From contig CANREV010000005.1 in the NCBI GenBank assembly GCA_947629645.1, positions 12,067 to 76,066 of the forward strand: a stretch of 64,000 nt of DNA. Direction: 5' to 3'. A program made the position numbers and the translations under genes. Below are positions 1 through 8,395 of the stretch, piece by piece. Numbering within the stretch: the stretch's first letter is position 1; the number at the start of each line of letters is the position of its first letter. The notes beneath the pieces were generated by a model, which did not search any database, was not told the origin of the DNA, and was given only the letters and a program-made list of their open reading frames with translations. This DNA comes from an uncultured Acetatifactor sp. GTDB lineage: Bacteria > Bacillota > Clostridia > Lachnospirales > Lachnospiraceae.

Positions 1-1
1 T

Positions 2-439
2 CGGTATTTCGACTATGATTTGGAGCGGATGAAAAACGCGGATGTGGAAACCCTCAGCGCCATAGACGGCGTGGGAGAGGTGATCGCATCGGCATTCGTG
101 GATTATATGCGGGATAAGGGGAATCTTGCCCGTCTGAATCGTCTGATGGAACAATTGCAGACAGAGGCGCCCAGGGCGCAGGAAGGCGGCCGGACGCTGG
201 AAGGGTTCAGCTTTGTCATCACCGGAAGCCTGCTGCACTTTGCCAACAGAAATGACCTGAAAGAGATCATTGAACAAAAAGGCGGAAAGGTGACGGGAAG
301 CGTCACCGGCAGGACCAGCTGCCTGATCAATAATGATATTGCTTCCGCTTCCTCGAAAAATAAGAAAGCAAAGGAATTGGGGATACCGATCCTCTCTGAG
401 GAGGACTTTTTATCGCAGTATGGAATAGATGTGAAATAA
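2..439 (+). CDS. ligA: NAD-dependent DNA ligase, C-terminal fragment (HhH + BRCT); gene starts before the window
   Basis: IDGVGEVIA HhH motif followed by BRCT motifs FVITGSL and GGKVTGSVT...LINN...SSKNKKAKELGIPILSE; frame is open back to the window start. Confidence 0.93.
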   Translation, partial: RYFDYDLERMKNADVETLSAIDGVGEVIASAFVDYMRDKGNLARLNRLMEQLQTEAPRAQEGGRTLEGFSFVITGSLLHFANRNDLKEIIEQKGGKVTGSVTGRTSCLINNDIASASSKNKKAKELGIPILSEEDFLSQYGIDVK

Positions 440-463
440 CTAAGGAAAGCGAGAAACAGCAAA

Positions 464-1372
464 ATGCCTATCAAAACGCAGAGCGGTCTTCCTGCCAAGG
501 AGATCCTAGAAAATGAAAATATATTTGTGATGGATGAATTCCGGGCCATGCATCAGGACATTCGGCCTCTGAAGGTGTTGATTTTAAATAATATGCCTGT
601 CAAGCAGGATACGGAGCTGCAGCTTTTGCGGGCGTTGTCCAACACGCCCTTGCAGGTGGACGTGACGTTCATGAACACCAAAAGCCATGTCTCTCTGAAT
701 ACTTCCGCCAGCCATTTAAATAAATTTTACACCACGCTGGATGAGATCAGAGATCAGAAATTTGACGGGATGATCATCACCGGCGCGCCGGTGGAAGATA
801 TTTCTTTTGAAGAGGTGGACTACTGGGAGGAGACTTGCGAGATTATGGACTGGGCCCGGACCCAGGTGACGTCAACGCTGCATATCTGCTGGGCGGCGCA
901 GGCAGGCTTTTACCATTATTACGGCATCAATAAAAAGAAGCTGTCTCAAAAACTTTTCGGTGTGTATGAACACAGGGTGGCAAACCGTAAGATCCCGCTG
1001 GTCAGGGGGTTCGATGATATCTTCTTAGCGCCCCACAGCCGTCATACGGAAACGCCTGCCGATGAGATTCACGCCTGCAAAGATTTGACGGTGCTGGCGG
1101 AATCTGTTGAGGCGGGAGTCTTTCTGGCCATTGCAGAAGGCGGGAAAAAGATATTTGTGACGGGGCATCCCGAGTATGACCGGTATACGCTGGATAAGGA
1201 ATATCACCGCGATCTGGACAGAGGACTTCCCATACAGCTTCCCTACAATTATTATCCGGAGGATGATCCCGGAAAAAAGCCGCTGCTGCAGTGGAGAAGC
1301 CACAGTAATAACCTCTACAGCAACTGGCTCAATTATTATGTATACCAGGTAACGCCCTATGATTTGATCTGA
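464..1372 (+). CDS. metA: Homoserine O-acyltransferase (MetA family), predicted acetyl-CoA specific
   Basis: [18 protein letters not shown], catalytic HICWAAQ and GHPEY; Glu in APVE is the known acetyl-CoA determinant (Gly in succinyltransferases). Confidence 0.95.
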   Translation: MPIKTQSGLPAKEILENENIFVMDEFRAMHQDIRPLKVLILNNMPVKQDTELQLLRALSNTPLQVDVTFMNTKSHVSLNTSASHLNKFYTTLDEIRDQKFDGMIITGAPVEDISFEEVDYWEETCEIMDWARTQVTSTLHICWAAQAGFYHYYGINKKKLSQKLFGVYEHRVANRKIPLVRGFDDIFLAPHSRHTETPADEIHACKDLTVLAESVEAGVFLAIAEGGKKIFVTGHPEYDRYTLDKEYHRDLDRGLPIQLPYNYYPEDDPGKKPLLQWRSHSNNLYSNWLNYYVYQVTPYDLI

Positions 1373-1386
1373 TCAGGAGGAATGAT

Positions 1387-2697
1387 ATGAATATTGTTTT
1401 ATTGTCAGGCGGATCGGGAAAGCGGTTATGGCCGTTGTCCAATGATATCCGCTCCAAACAGTTTATCAAGCTTTTTAAGAATAACGGAGAGTATGAGTCC
1501 ATGGTGCAGCGGGTGTACCGTCAGATTAAGAGCGTGGATCCCCATGCTGATGTCACCATTGCCACCTCCAAGGCGCAGGCTTCCATGATACACAATCAGC
1601 TTGGAGAAGAGGTGGGGATCAGCATTGAACCGTGCCGCAGGGATACTTTTCCGGCCATGGCGCTGGCGGCCGCGTATCTGCATGATGTAAAGGGAATCGG
1701 AAAGGAGGAAGGAGTGGTAGTCTGTCCCGTGGACCCTTATGTGGAAGCAGATTATTTTGAGGCTCTCGGCAGACTGGGCGCTCTGGCAGAGACGGAGGAT
1801 GCCGGCCTTGTTTTGATGGGGATTGAACCTACTTATCCCAGCGCGAAATACGGGTACATTATTCCCGCCTGTATGGAGGAAGTCAGCGATGTCTCCATGT
1901 TTAAAGAGAAGCCGACGGAGGAAGTGGCAAAGGATTACATTGCGCAGGGAGCGCTTTGGAACGGAGGCGTTTTTGCCTTTAAGCTGGGGTATCTTTTGGA
2001 ACGGGCTCATGAATTGATCGATTTTGAGGATTATGATGATCTTTATGCCAGGTATGGGTCGGTGGAAAAGATCAGCTTTGATTATGCGGTGGCGGAACAT
2101 GAGAAAAAGATCAAGGTGATGCGGTTTCATGGTCAGTGGAAAGACATTGGCACATGGAACACTCTGACCGAAGCCATGCCTGATCATGTGGTTGGGGGAG
2201 CGATCTTAAGCGATACCTGTGAAAACGTTCATGTGGTGAACGAATTGAATATGCCTGTTTTATGTATGGGGCTAAAGGATGTGGTGGTTTCCGTCAGTCC
2301 CGATGGCATACTGGTATCGGACAAGACCCAGTCCAGCTACATTAAGCCCTATGTTGATGAGATTGACAGACAGGTCATGTATGCGGAGAAGTCGTGGGGC
2401 AGTTTTCGCGTTCTGGACGTCACTTCCGAGAGCATGACCATTAAGGTGATATTGAACGCCGGCCACAGGATGAACTATCACAGCCACGAATACCGGGACG
2501 AGGTCTGGAACGTGATCTCCGGTCAGGGAAGAACCATTGTGGACGGCATGGAACAAAAGGTTCAGCCGGGGGATGTGATCACTATGACAGCAGGCTGCAG
2601 GCATACCGTGATCGCCGATACGGAGCTGCAGATTATAGAAGTGCAGCTGGGAAAAGAAATCAGTGTGCATGATAAACAGAAATTTGAACTGGAATAA
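1387..2697 (+). CDS. manC: Mannose-1-phosphate guanylyltransferase with C-terminal cupin (PMI type II-like) domain
   Basis: LSGGSGKRLWPLS nucleotidyltransferase motif, EPCRRDT, YGYI, FKEKP, WNGG, WKDIGTW, C-terminal cupin HSHEYRDEVW; AGGAGG RBS. Confidence 0.88.
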   Translation: MNIVLLSGGSGKRLWPLSNDIRSKQFIKLFKNNGEYESMVQRVYRQIKSVDPHADVTIATSKAQASMIHNQLGEEVGISIEPCRRDTFPAMALAAAYLHDVKGIGKEEGVVVCPVDPYVEADYFEALGRLGALAETEDAGLVLMGIEPTYPSAKYGYIIPACMEEVSDVSMFKEKPTEEVAKDYIAQGALWNGGVFAFKLGYLLERAHELIDFEDYDDLYARYGSVEKISFDYAVAEHEKKIKVMRFHGQWKDIGTWNTLTEAMPDHVVGGAILSDTCENVHVVNELNMPVLCMGLKDVVVSVSPDGILVSDKTQSSYIKPYVDEIDRQVMYAEKSWGSFRVLDVTSESMTIKVILNAGHRMNYHSHEYRDEVWNVISGQGRTIVDGMEQKVQPGDVITMTAGCRHTVIADTELQIIEVQLGKEISVHDKQKFELE

Positions 2698-2778
2698 CAG
2701 GAATCAAAACAGAAAACGGGTGACAGAAAGGCTTTGCGAATGGCGCGGGCCAAACTGTCACGAGATGGTGAAAACTGG

Positions 2779-3792
2779 ATGAAGGATAGCAAGGGAGAGA
2801 GAAAACCTTTTTTATTGTCGCCTGCGGGTAAAGATTATATCTGGGGAGGCACCCGATTAAACGATGATTTTTCCAAGGAGATTCCCATGACGCCTCTTGC
2901 GGAGACCTGGGAATGTTCCACCCATGTCGATGGCCCCAGTATCGTGGCAAGCGGAGAGTATGCGGGCAGGAGCCTGAAGGAGCTTTTGCAGGAGCGTCCT
3001 GAATTTCTGGGATCTCATCCTCTGGCAAATCCTGACCTTCCGGCAGGAGAGCTGCCTATTTTGATAAAGTTTATCGATGCCAGAGAGAATCTTTCGGTAC
3101 AGGTGCATCCCGATGACGCCTATGCCAGAGAGCACGAGAACGGTTCTCTGGGAAAGACGGAGATGTGGTATGTGCTGGATGCCAAGGCAGGCACACAGCT
3201 GGTTTATGGCTTCAGGCATGACATGAAAAGGGAGCAGCTGCGTGAAAGCCTGGAAAATAAGACGGTGGAAAAGTATCTGCAGAAAGTGGATGTGCATGTG
3301 GACGATGTTTTCTACATAGAGGCGGGAACCGTTCATGCCATCGGAGCGGGAGCGCTGGTCGCAGAAATACAGGAAAATTCCAATCTGACCTACCGATTGT
3401 ACGATTATGACCGCTTGGGAAAGGATGGAAAGAAGCGGCCGCTGCATCTGAAAAAGGCATTGGATGTGATAAATTTAAGCGCCGCGAGAGAACCCAAACA
3501 GCCTATGAGAATCCTGCGGTATCGGCCCGGATGCGCCTCGGAATTCTTGTGCCGCTGTAAATATTTCCAAGTGGAACGTGTTTTGGTCAATACAGAGCGA
3601 TGCCGCGTCCTGACGCGGTTTCAGACGGACAGCAATTCCTTTCAGGTGCTTTTGTGCGTGGGCGGATGCGGTGTGCTGCTTTTTGCAAATGAATCGCTGC
3701 CATTTTTTAAAGGAGACTGTATTTTTCTGCCGGCCCAATCCGTACAGACAAAAATTCATGGCAGGGCGCAGCTGCTGCGGGTGACATGCTGA
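2779..3792 (+). CDS. manA: Mannose-6-phosphate isomerase, class I
   Basis: KDYIWGG, AETWECSTH, LIKFIDA..NLSVQVHPDD, KTEMWY, GTVHAIG, EIQENS; start moved to ATG 2779 (approximate). Confidence 0.9.
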   Translation: MKDSKGERKPFLLSPAGKDYIWGGTRLNDDFSKEIPMTPLAETWECSTHVDGPSIVASGEYAGRSLKELLQERPEFLGSHPLANPDLPAGELPILIKFIDARENLSVQVHPDDAYAREHENGSLGKTEMWYVLDAKAGTQLVYGFRHDMKREQLRESLENKTVEKYLQKVDVHVDDVFYIEAGTVHAIGAGALVAEIQENSNLTYRLYDYDRLGKDGKKRPLHLKKALDVINLSAAREPKQPMRILRYRPGCASEFLCRCKYFQVERVLVNTERCRVLTRFQTDSNSFQVLLCVGGCGVLLFANESLPFFKGDCIFLPAQSVQTKIHGRAQLLRVTC

Positions 3793-3841
3793 CGCACGGC
3801 AGGCTGCGCAAAGGTAAAAAGAAAGGCGGGAATGAAACATT

Positions 3842-5026
3842 ATGAAATACGATTTTGACAAAGTGATCGACAGACGGAATACAAATTGCCTGAAATATGA
3901 TTTCGCGGCGGAGCGTGGAAAGCCGCAAGGGCTGATCCCGCTCTGGGTGGCGGATATGGATTTCCCCGTTATGGAGGAGGTGAAACAGGCGCTGCACGAT
4001 ATGGTGGAGCACGGAATTTACGGTTACAGTGAGGTGAAAGAATCCTATTTCAACGCCGTCTGCCATTGGATGAAGGATCATCACGGCTGGGAAGTGAAAA
4101 AAGAATGGATGGTAAAAACTCCCGGCATAGTCTACGCTATCGCGGCCTGTGTCCGGGCGTTCACCAGGCGGGGCGAGGGTGTGATGATACAGAATCCCGT
4201 ATATTATCCGTTCAGTCAGGCAGTGCGGGATAACGGCAGAGTGCTGGTGGACAATACCCTGCGGGAAGAAAACGGAAGATATACGATGGATTATGACGAT
4301 ATGGAACGAAAGATCGCTGCATCCAACGTCAGATTGTTTCTGTTGTGCAGCCCCCACAATCCGGTGGGGAGAGTGTGGACGGAGGAAGAACTGCGCAGGC
4401 TGGGTGAAATCTGCCTGAAGCATAATGTTATCATTGTCAGCGATGAAATCCATCATGACTTTGTCTTTCCGGGCCATACGCATTATGTCTTTGCCAATCT
4501 GGACGAGAGATTTCAGAAGATCACCGTGACCTGTACGGCGCCTAGTAAAACCTTTAATATGGCGGGCCTTCAGGTATCCAACATATTTATCTGTGATCCC
4601 GCGCTCCGCCAGGCCTTTCAGCAGGAGATCGACAGGACGGGTTACAGTCAGCTGAACCAGATGGGGCTGGCGGCCTGCGAGGCCGCATACCGGTACGGCG
4701 GGGACTGGCTGGACCAATTGCTGGTGTATCTGAAGGAAAATCTGGATTTTACCAGACAGTTTATAAAAAGAGAGATGCCCGTCATAAAACTGGTGGAGCC
4801 GGAAGGAACGTTTCTCTTGTGGCTGGACTGCAGGGGGCTTCATATCAGCGATGAGGAATTGGACCGTCTGGTGGTCGAAAAAGCCGGACTGTGGCTGGAT
4901 GGCGGCAAAATGTTCGGCCCCTGTGGTTCCGGCTTCCAGCGCGTCAATATGGCTTGTCCGAGAGAAACGCTGAGCCGGGCTTTGACACAGCTGGCAGAGG
5001 CCGTAAAAATGATACAAAAATTGTAA
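3842..5026 (+). CDS. PLP-dependent MalY/PatB family protein (cystathionine beta-lyase)
   Basis: LWVADMDF, CSPHNPVGRVW, SDEIH, APSKTFN (PLP lysine), RVNMAC. Confidence 0.92.
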   Translation: MKYDFDKVIDRRNTNCLKYDFAAERGKPQGLIPLWVADMDFPVMEEVKQALHDMVEHGIYGYSEVKESYFNAVCHWMKDHHGWEVKKEWMVKTPGIVYAIAACVRAFTRRGEGVMIQNPVYYPFSQAVRDNGRVLVDNTLREENGRYTMDYDDMERKIAASNVRLFLLCSPHNPVGRVWTEEELRRLGEICLKHNVIIVSDEIHHDFVFPGHTHYVFANLDERFQKITVTCTAPSKTFNMAGLQVSNIFICDPALRQAFQQEIDRTGYSQLNQMGLAACEAAYRYGGDWLDQLLVYLKENLDFTRQFIKREMPVIKLVEPEGTFLLWLDCRGLHISDEELDRLVVEKAGLWLDGGKMFGPCGSGFQRVNMACPRETLSRALTQLAEAVKMIQKL

Positions 5027-5032
5027 AAGAAT

Positions 5033-5061
5033 GAATATTTTACCAGTCTTGTCCATATACT
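5033..5061 (+). promoter_or_regulatory. Putative sigma-E-type sporulation promoter
   Basis: GAATATT-N14-CATATACT versus the B. subtilis sigma-E consensus ZHATAXX-N14-CATACAHT. Confidence 0.5.
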
Positions 5062-5104
5062 GTAAAAAACGATTGGGATACCGATCTGAATAAGGAGGCA
5101 GTCT

Positions 5105-5344
5105 ATGGCAAGAGGACAGCGTAAGACAATAGAGGAAAAGATTCAGGCAAAGCAGGAACTGATTGACGCCCTGATGACGAGAGTGGAATCCGAAAAGCGT
5201 GAGCTGGAAGAATTGTTTCGGGAGAAAAAGCAGAAGGAGCTTGAAGCGGTGGGAGATCTGATCTCAGATACCGGACTTCAGCCCGATGAGGTGGCGGAGG
5301 CGCTAAAGCAGTACATGGAAACCAGAAGTCAGGCGGCAGTATAA
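5105..5344 (+). CDS. Small coiled-coil hypothetical protein (79 aa)
   Basis: TAAGGAGG RBS, ATG, heptad-rich charged helix, followed directly by a terminator. Confidence 0.85.
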   Translation: MARGQRKTIEEKIQAKQELIDALMTRVESEKRELEELFREKKQKELEAVGDLISDTGLQPDEVAEALKQYMETRSQAAV

Positions 5345-5368
5345 AAAAGCGGGCAGGACCGCTTTTTT
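5343..5368. terminator. Bidirectional intrinsic terminator
   Basis: AAAAAAGCGG-gcagga-CCGCTTTTTT. Confidence 0.85.
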
Positions 5369-5380
5369 ATACTGCCCAAT

Positions 5381-5412
5381 AAAAAATGCGTCCTGGGCGG
5401 GACGCATTTTTT
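5381..5412. terminator. Second bidirectional intrinsic terminator (rpsT side)
   Basis: AAAAAATGCGTCC-tgggcg-GGACGCATTTTTT. Confidence 0.85.
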
Positions 5413-5445
5413 CGCGTATATTCTGACCGGATTACCTGATGTCGG

Positions 5446-5709
5446 TCAGGCCATCTCGTTTACCGCTTTGCTGATACGGGAAACTTTACGGGAAGCGTTG
5501 TTTTTGTGATAAACACCCTTAGAAGCTGCCATCTCAATGGTCTTTGTAGCTGCGGCAAGCTGAGCTTTTGCAGCAGACTTATCACCGGATTCAATAGCGG
5601 CGAACACCTTCTTCATAGCGGTCTTTACACTGGATCTGATCGATTTATTTCTCTCAGCCTTAGTACGGTTCACCAGAATTCTCTTCTTTGCGGATTTGAT
5701 ATTAGCCAA
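5446..5709 (-). CDS. rpsT: 30S ribosomal protein S20
   Basis: ANIKSAKKRI...H+N.ASRK.SR; TTG start at 5709 with GGAGG RBS. Confidence 0.97.
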   Translation of the reverse strand: MANIKSAKKRILVNRTKAERNKSIRSSVKTAMKKVFAAIESGDKSAAKAQLAAATKTIEMAASKGVYHKNNASRKVSRISKAVNEMA

Positions 5710-5800
5710 AGTCGTACACCTCCAATTTACATACAATGATCGTTACCTGTTCTGTTTCACTTTAGCCAGACACGGAAGACTAACGGAAACACACTTAATT

Positions 5801-5829
5801 AGTCTAGTAAATTGTCGGCGATTTGTCAA
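5801..5829 (-). promoter_or_regulatory. sigma-A promoter of rpsT
   Basis: Minus strand TTGACA-N17-TAGACT. Confidence 0.8.
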
Positions 5830-5888
5830 TACATATATTTTTATTTTTTGCAAAAAATAGGAAAAACAAATTCTATATGTGAGGGCTT

Positions 5889-6809
5889 ATGGGAAATTTT
5901 CAAGTGAGAACAGATCTTGCCCTGGAGGCGAGAGAAAGCTTTGGCGAATCGGCGGAGGAACTGCGGGGCGTCAGCGTGGAGGAACATTATAAAGAAGAGG
6001 ATGACATTCATGTTACGAAAGTGGTGATAGACACTAAAAATGCGGCGAAAGCAATGGGGAAACCCATGGGGGTCTATGTAACCATAGAAGCGCCCGCCAT
6101 GGTGGAGCCGGATGAGGGTTACCACAGGGAGATTTCTGAGTGCCTGGCGGATGAACTATTGCAGCTTCTTCCGGGAGCGGATCAGGAGCAGTCTGTCATG
6201 GTAGTGGGGCTGGGCAACAGGGAAGTCACGGCGGACGCGCTGGGGCCTCAGGTGGTGGATAATCTCTTTATTACCCGCCATATTGTGAAAGAGTACGGCA
6301 AAGCGGCTTATGACTGTGAGCGGATCAACCTGATCAGCGCGTTGGAACCGGGCGTCATGGCAAAGACGGGCATGGAGACGGCGGAGATCGTAGCCGGTGT
6401 GGTGAAGGAGACAAAGCCGGATGTGCTGATTGTCATCGATGCCCTGGCGGCACGCAGCACCCGCAGGCTCAACCGCACCATACAGATTACCAACACAGGG
6501 ATCCAGCCGGGCTCCGGCGTGGGAAACCACCGTAACGCGCTGACCAGGGAGAGTCTGGGTGTCCCTGTACTGGCCATCGGTATTCCCACAGTGGTGGACG
6601 CGGCGACTATCGTGGGAGATGCGCTGGAGAAGCTGTTGAGCGAGGAGAGGGAATTTGACAGCATGAAATATCTGGGACAGCATCGAAACGTTTTTTCGGA
6701 ACTGAATAATATGTATATGACAGGGAAAGATATCGATGCCGTGGTAAAGCAGATCAGTTATACCGTGTCGGAAGGCATTAATCTGGCGCTGGAAATGAGA
6801 ATGGAGTGA
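5889..6809 (+). CDS. gpr: Germination protease GPR (SASP endopeptidase)
   Basis: RTDLALEA, VGLGNREVTADALGP, IDALAAR, TGIQPGSGVGNHR, IGIPTVVDA; conserved rpsT/gpr/spoIIP/lepA order. Confidence 0.95.
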   Translation: MGNFQVRTDLALEARESFGESAEELRGVSVEEHYKEEDDIHVTKVVIDTKNAAKAMGKPMGVYVTIEAPAMVEPDEGYHREISECLADELLQLLPGADQEQSVMVVGLGNREVTADALGPQVVDNLFITRHIVKEYGKAAYDCERINLISALEPGVMAKTGMETAEIVAGVVKETKPDVLIVIDALAARSTRRLNRTIQITNTGIQPGSGVGNHRNALTRESLGVPVLAIGIPTVVDAATIVGDALEKLLSEEREFDSMKYLGQHRNVFSELNNMYMTGKDIDAVVKQISYTVSEGINLALEMRME

Positions 6810-6827
6810 GACAGGCGGGCATATAAT
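6799..6827 (+). promoter_or_regulatory. Putative sigma-E promoter of spoIIP
   Basis: GAATGGA-N14-CATATAAT; spoIIP is a known sigma-E regulon member in B. subtilis. Confidence 0.45.
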
Positions 6828-6877
6828 GCAAAAGAAAAGGCTGGGAAGGGAAGTGCGGACCTGTAAAACGGGACACG

Positions 6878-8128
6878 ATGCTACAAGGCAGGATGAAGTA
6901 TTTTGTGGTTCTGGCATTTCTTTTGCTGGGGCTGCAGACATTGACGGGCGGATGTGGAGCGGAACCTGGGGATAAAGCAGGAGAGGATGACTTTGGCAGC
7001 CTTATTTTTAACGGGGTTGCGCAGGATTGGTCTGAGGCTTTGTATGGATGGTACGTCCCCCTCATCTCTTTCGCACAGGGAGAAAAACACGAAACCTATT
7101 GGGCTATGCAGGGGCAGATTGACAGTCTGCTGCCTTTTTATGGATATTATACCCGGGATATGGATACGGATGCGGAACGGACGGAGAACTTTCGTGAGAT
7201 CCTTTTGGCCGAGGCCGAGGAGGGGAGCGGAAGCGGAGAGGAAACAACATACATAGATCCGGAAGGAACAACGGGGCAGTCTCTGGACGAGTTGCTGAAA
7301 GCGGAAAACGAGGCGGCGATGCAGATGCGGCAGCAGGCGGAGGACTGGTCTTTTGTCCCTCATGTAAGACAGGCGCAGGTGGATCTGGAAAGCCTTAGCA
7401 GTTATGAAGATCTGGTCCAGGCCTTTTATACCATCGATGCCAACACTATGGCGGGAAGCGATCAGCTGAATGTGGAGAAATTGCTGGCGGATGACATGAC
7501 GATCTCCAGGGAGGGGGAAGGACCGCAGATTCTGATCTATCATACCCACTCTCAGGAAGCGTTTGCGGATTCGGTGGATGGAGATGAGGATACTTCTATC
7601 ATTGGAGTGGGAGAACATTTGTCTGACATTCTGCGGGAAGAGTACGGCTATCGGGTACTCCATCACACCGCTCAGTATGACGCTTCCAGGGATGATGCCT
7701 ATGCGGAGGCGCTGCCTGCGATAGAGCAGCTTCTTGCGGAAAATCCCTCCATACAGGTTGTGATCGATCTGCACAGAGATTCTGTGGCGGAGGAGACGCG
7801 GCTGGTGACGGATGTGGACGGCAGGCCAACGGCCCGCTTTATGTTCTTTAACGGGTTGAGCCGCACCCGTAAAACGGGGAATATCGCCTATCTTTATAAT
7901 GAAAATCTGGATCACAACCTGGCTTTTTCCTTTCAGATGCAGCTCAAAGCGGCGGAGTACTATCCGGGGCTTGCCAGAAAGATCTATCTGAAAGGCTACC
8001 GCTATAATATGCACCTTGTTCCCAAATATCTTCTGATCGAGCTGGGTGCGCAGAACAATACGGTGGAGGAGGCGATGAACGCCTGTGATCCCCTGGCGCA
8101 TATTCTGGACATGGTGCTTTCCGGGTAA
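6878..8128 (+). CDS. spoIIP: Stage II sporulation protein P (engulfment amidase/endopeptidase)
   Basis: N-terminal hydrophobic anchor; IYHTHSQE, IDLHRDS, YNMHL, LIELGAQNNT motifs; located after gpr. Confidence 0.92.
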   Translation: MLQGRMKYFVVLAFLLLGLQTLTGGCGAEPGDKAGEDDFGSLIFNGVAQDWSEALYGWYVPLISFAQGEKHETYWAMQGQIDSLLPFYGYYTRDMDTDAERTENFREILLAEAEEGSGSGEETTYIDPEGTTGQSLDELLKAENEAAMQMRQQAEDWSFVPHVRQAQVDLESLSSYEDLVQAFYTIDANTMAGSDQLNVEKLLADDMTISREGEGPQILIYHTHSQEAFADSVDGDEDTSIIGVGEHLSDILREEYGYRVLHHTAQYDASRDDAYAEALPAIEQLLAENPSIQVVIDLHRDSVAEETRLVTDVDGRPTARFMFFNGLSRTRKTGNIAYLYNENLDHNLAFSFQMQLKAAEYYPGLARKIYLKGYRYNMHLVPKYLLIELGAQNNTVEEAMNACDPLAHILDMVLSG

Positions 8129-8153
8129 CGGCTCCGCAAAAGGCCGGACCGCT

Positions 8154-8316
8154 CCCAGGGAGCACAGCGACATGTTCTCAGAAAGCAGAGCGTCATGCCC
8201 CCAGGGAGCATAGAGAGACATGCCCCCAGAAAGCAGAGCGTCATGCCCCTAGGGAGCATAGAGAGACATGCCCCCAGGGAGCAGAGAGGCATGCTCCCTG
8301 AGAAGAGAGCCATGCG
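8154..8316. repeat. Intergenic tandem array of about 7 degenerate 21-25 bp quasi-palindromic units
   Basis: Units such as cccagggagcatagagagacatgcc and cccagaaagcagagcgtcatgcc alternate; no unique spacers. Confidence 0.9.
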
Positions 8317-8320
8317 CTGC

Positions 8321-8349
8321 TGGACAACCTGAGGAAAGTCTGATACAAT
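8321..8349 (+). promoter_or_regulatory. sigma-A promoter of lepA-hemW
   Basis: TGGACA-N17-TACAAT with extended -10 TG. Confidence 0.7.
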
Positions 8350-8395
8350 AACAATGGTTCACGCTTCACTAACAACGGAGAAACGAGGGATTTCA

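Noticed and set aside
440-463. SAM riboswitch or T-box upstream of metA
   Set aside because: The ligA-metA gap is only 24 bp
3707-5056. 449-aa minus-strand ORF (likewise 6881-8221, 19430-20674, 23714-24877, 27906-29078, 61292-62539 and others)
   Set aside because: Antisense shadows of well-supported genes caused by codon bias; no recognisable motifs or RBS
8002-8313. 103-aa minus-strand ORF with a repeated LCFLGACLSMLP peptide
   Set aside because: It is the translation of the DNA repeat, overlaps spoIIP antisense, and has no RBS
8154-8316. CRISPR array interpretation of the tandem repeat
   Set aside because: Units are contiguous with no unique 30-40 nt spacers, and there are no cas genes in the window
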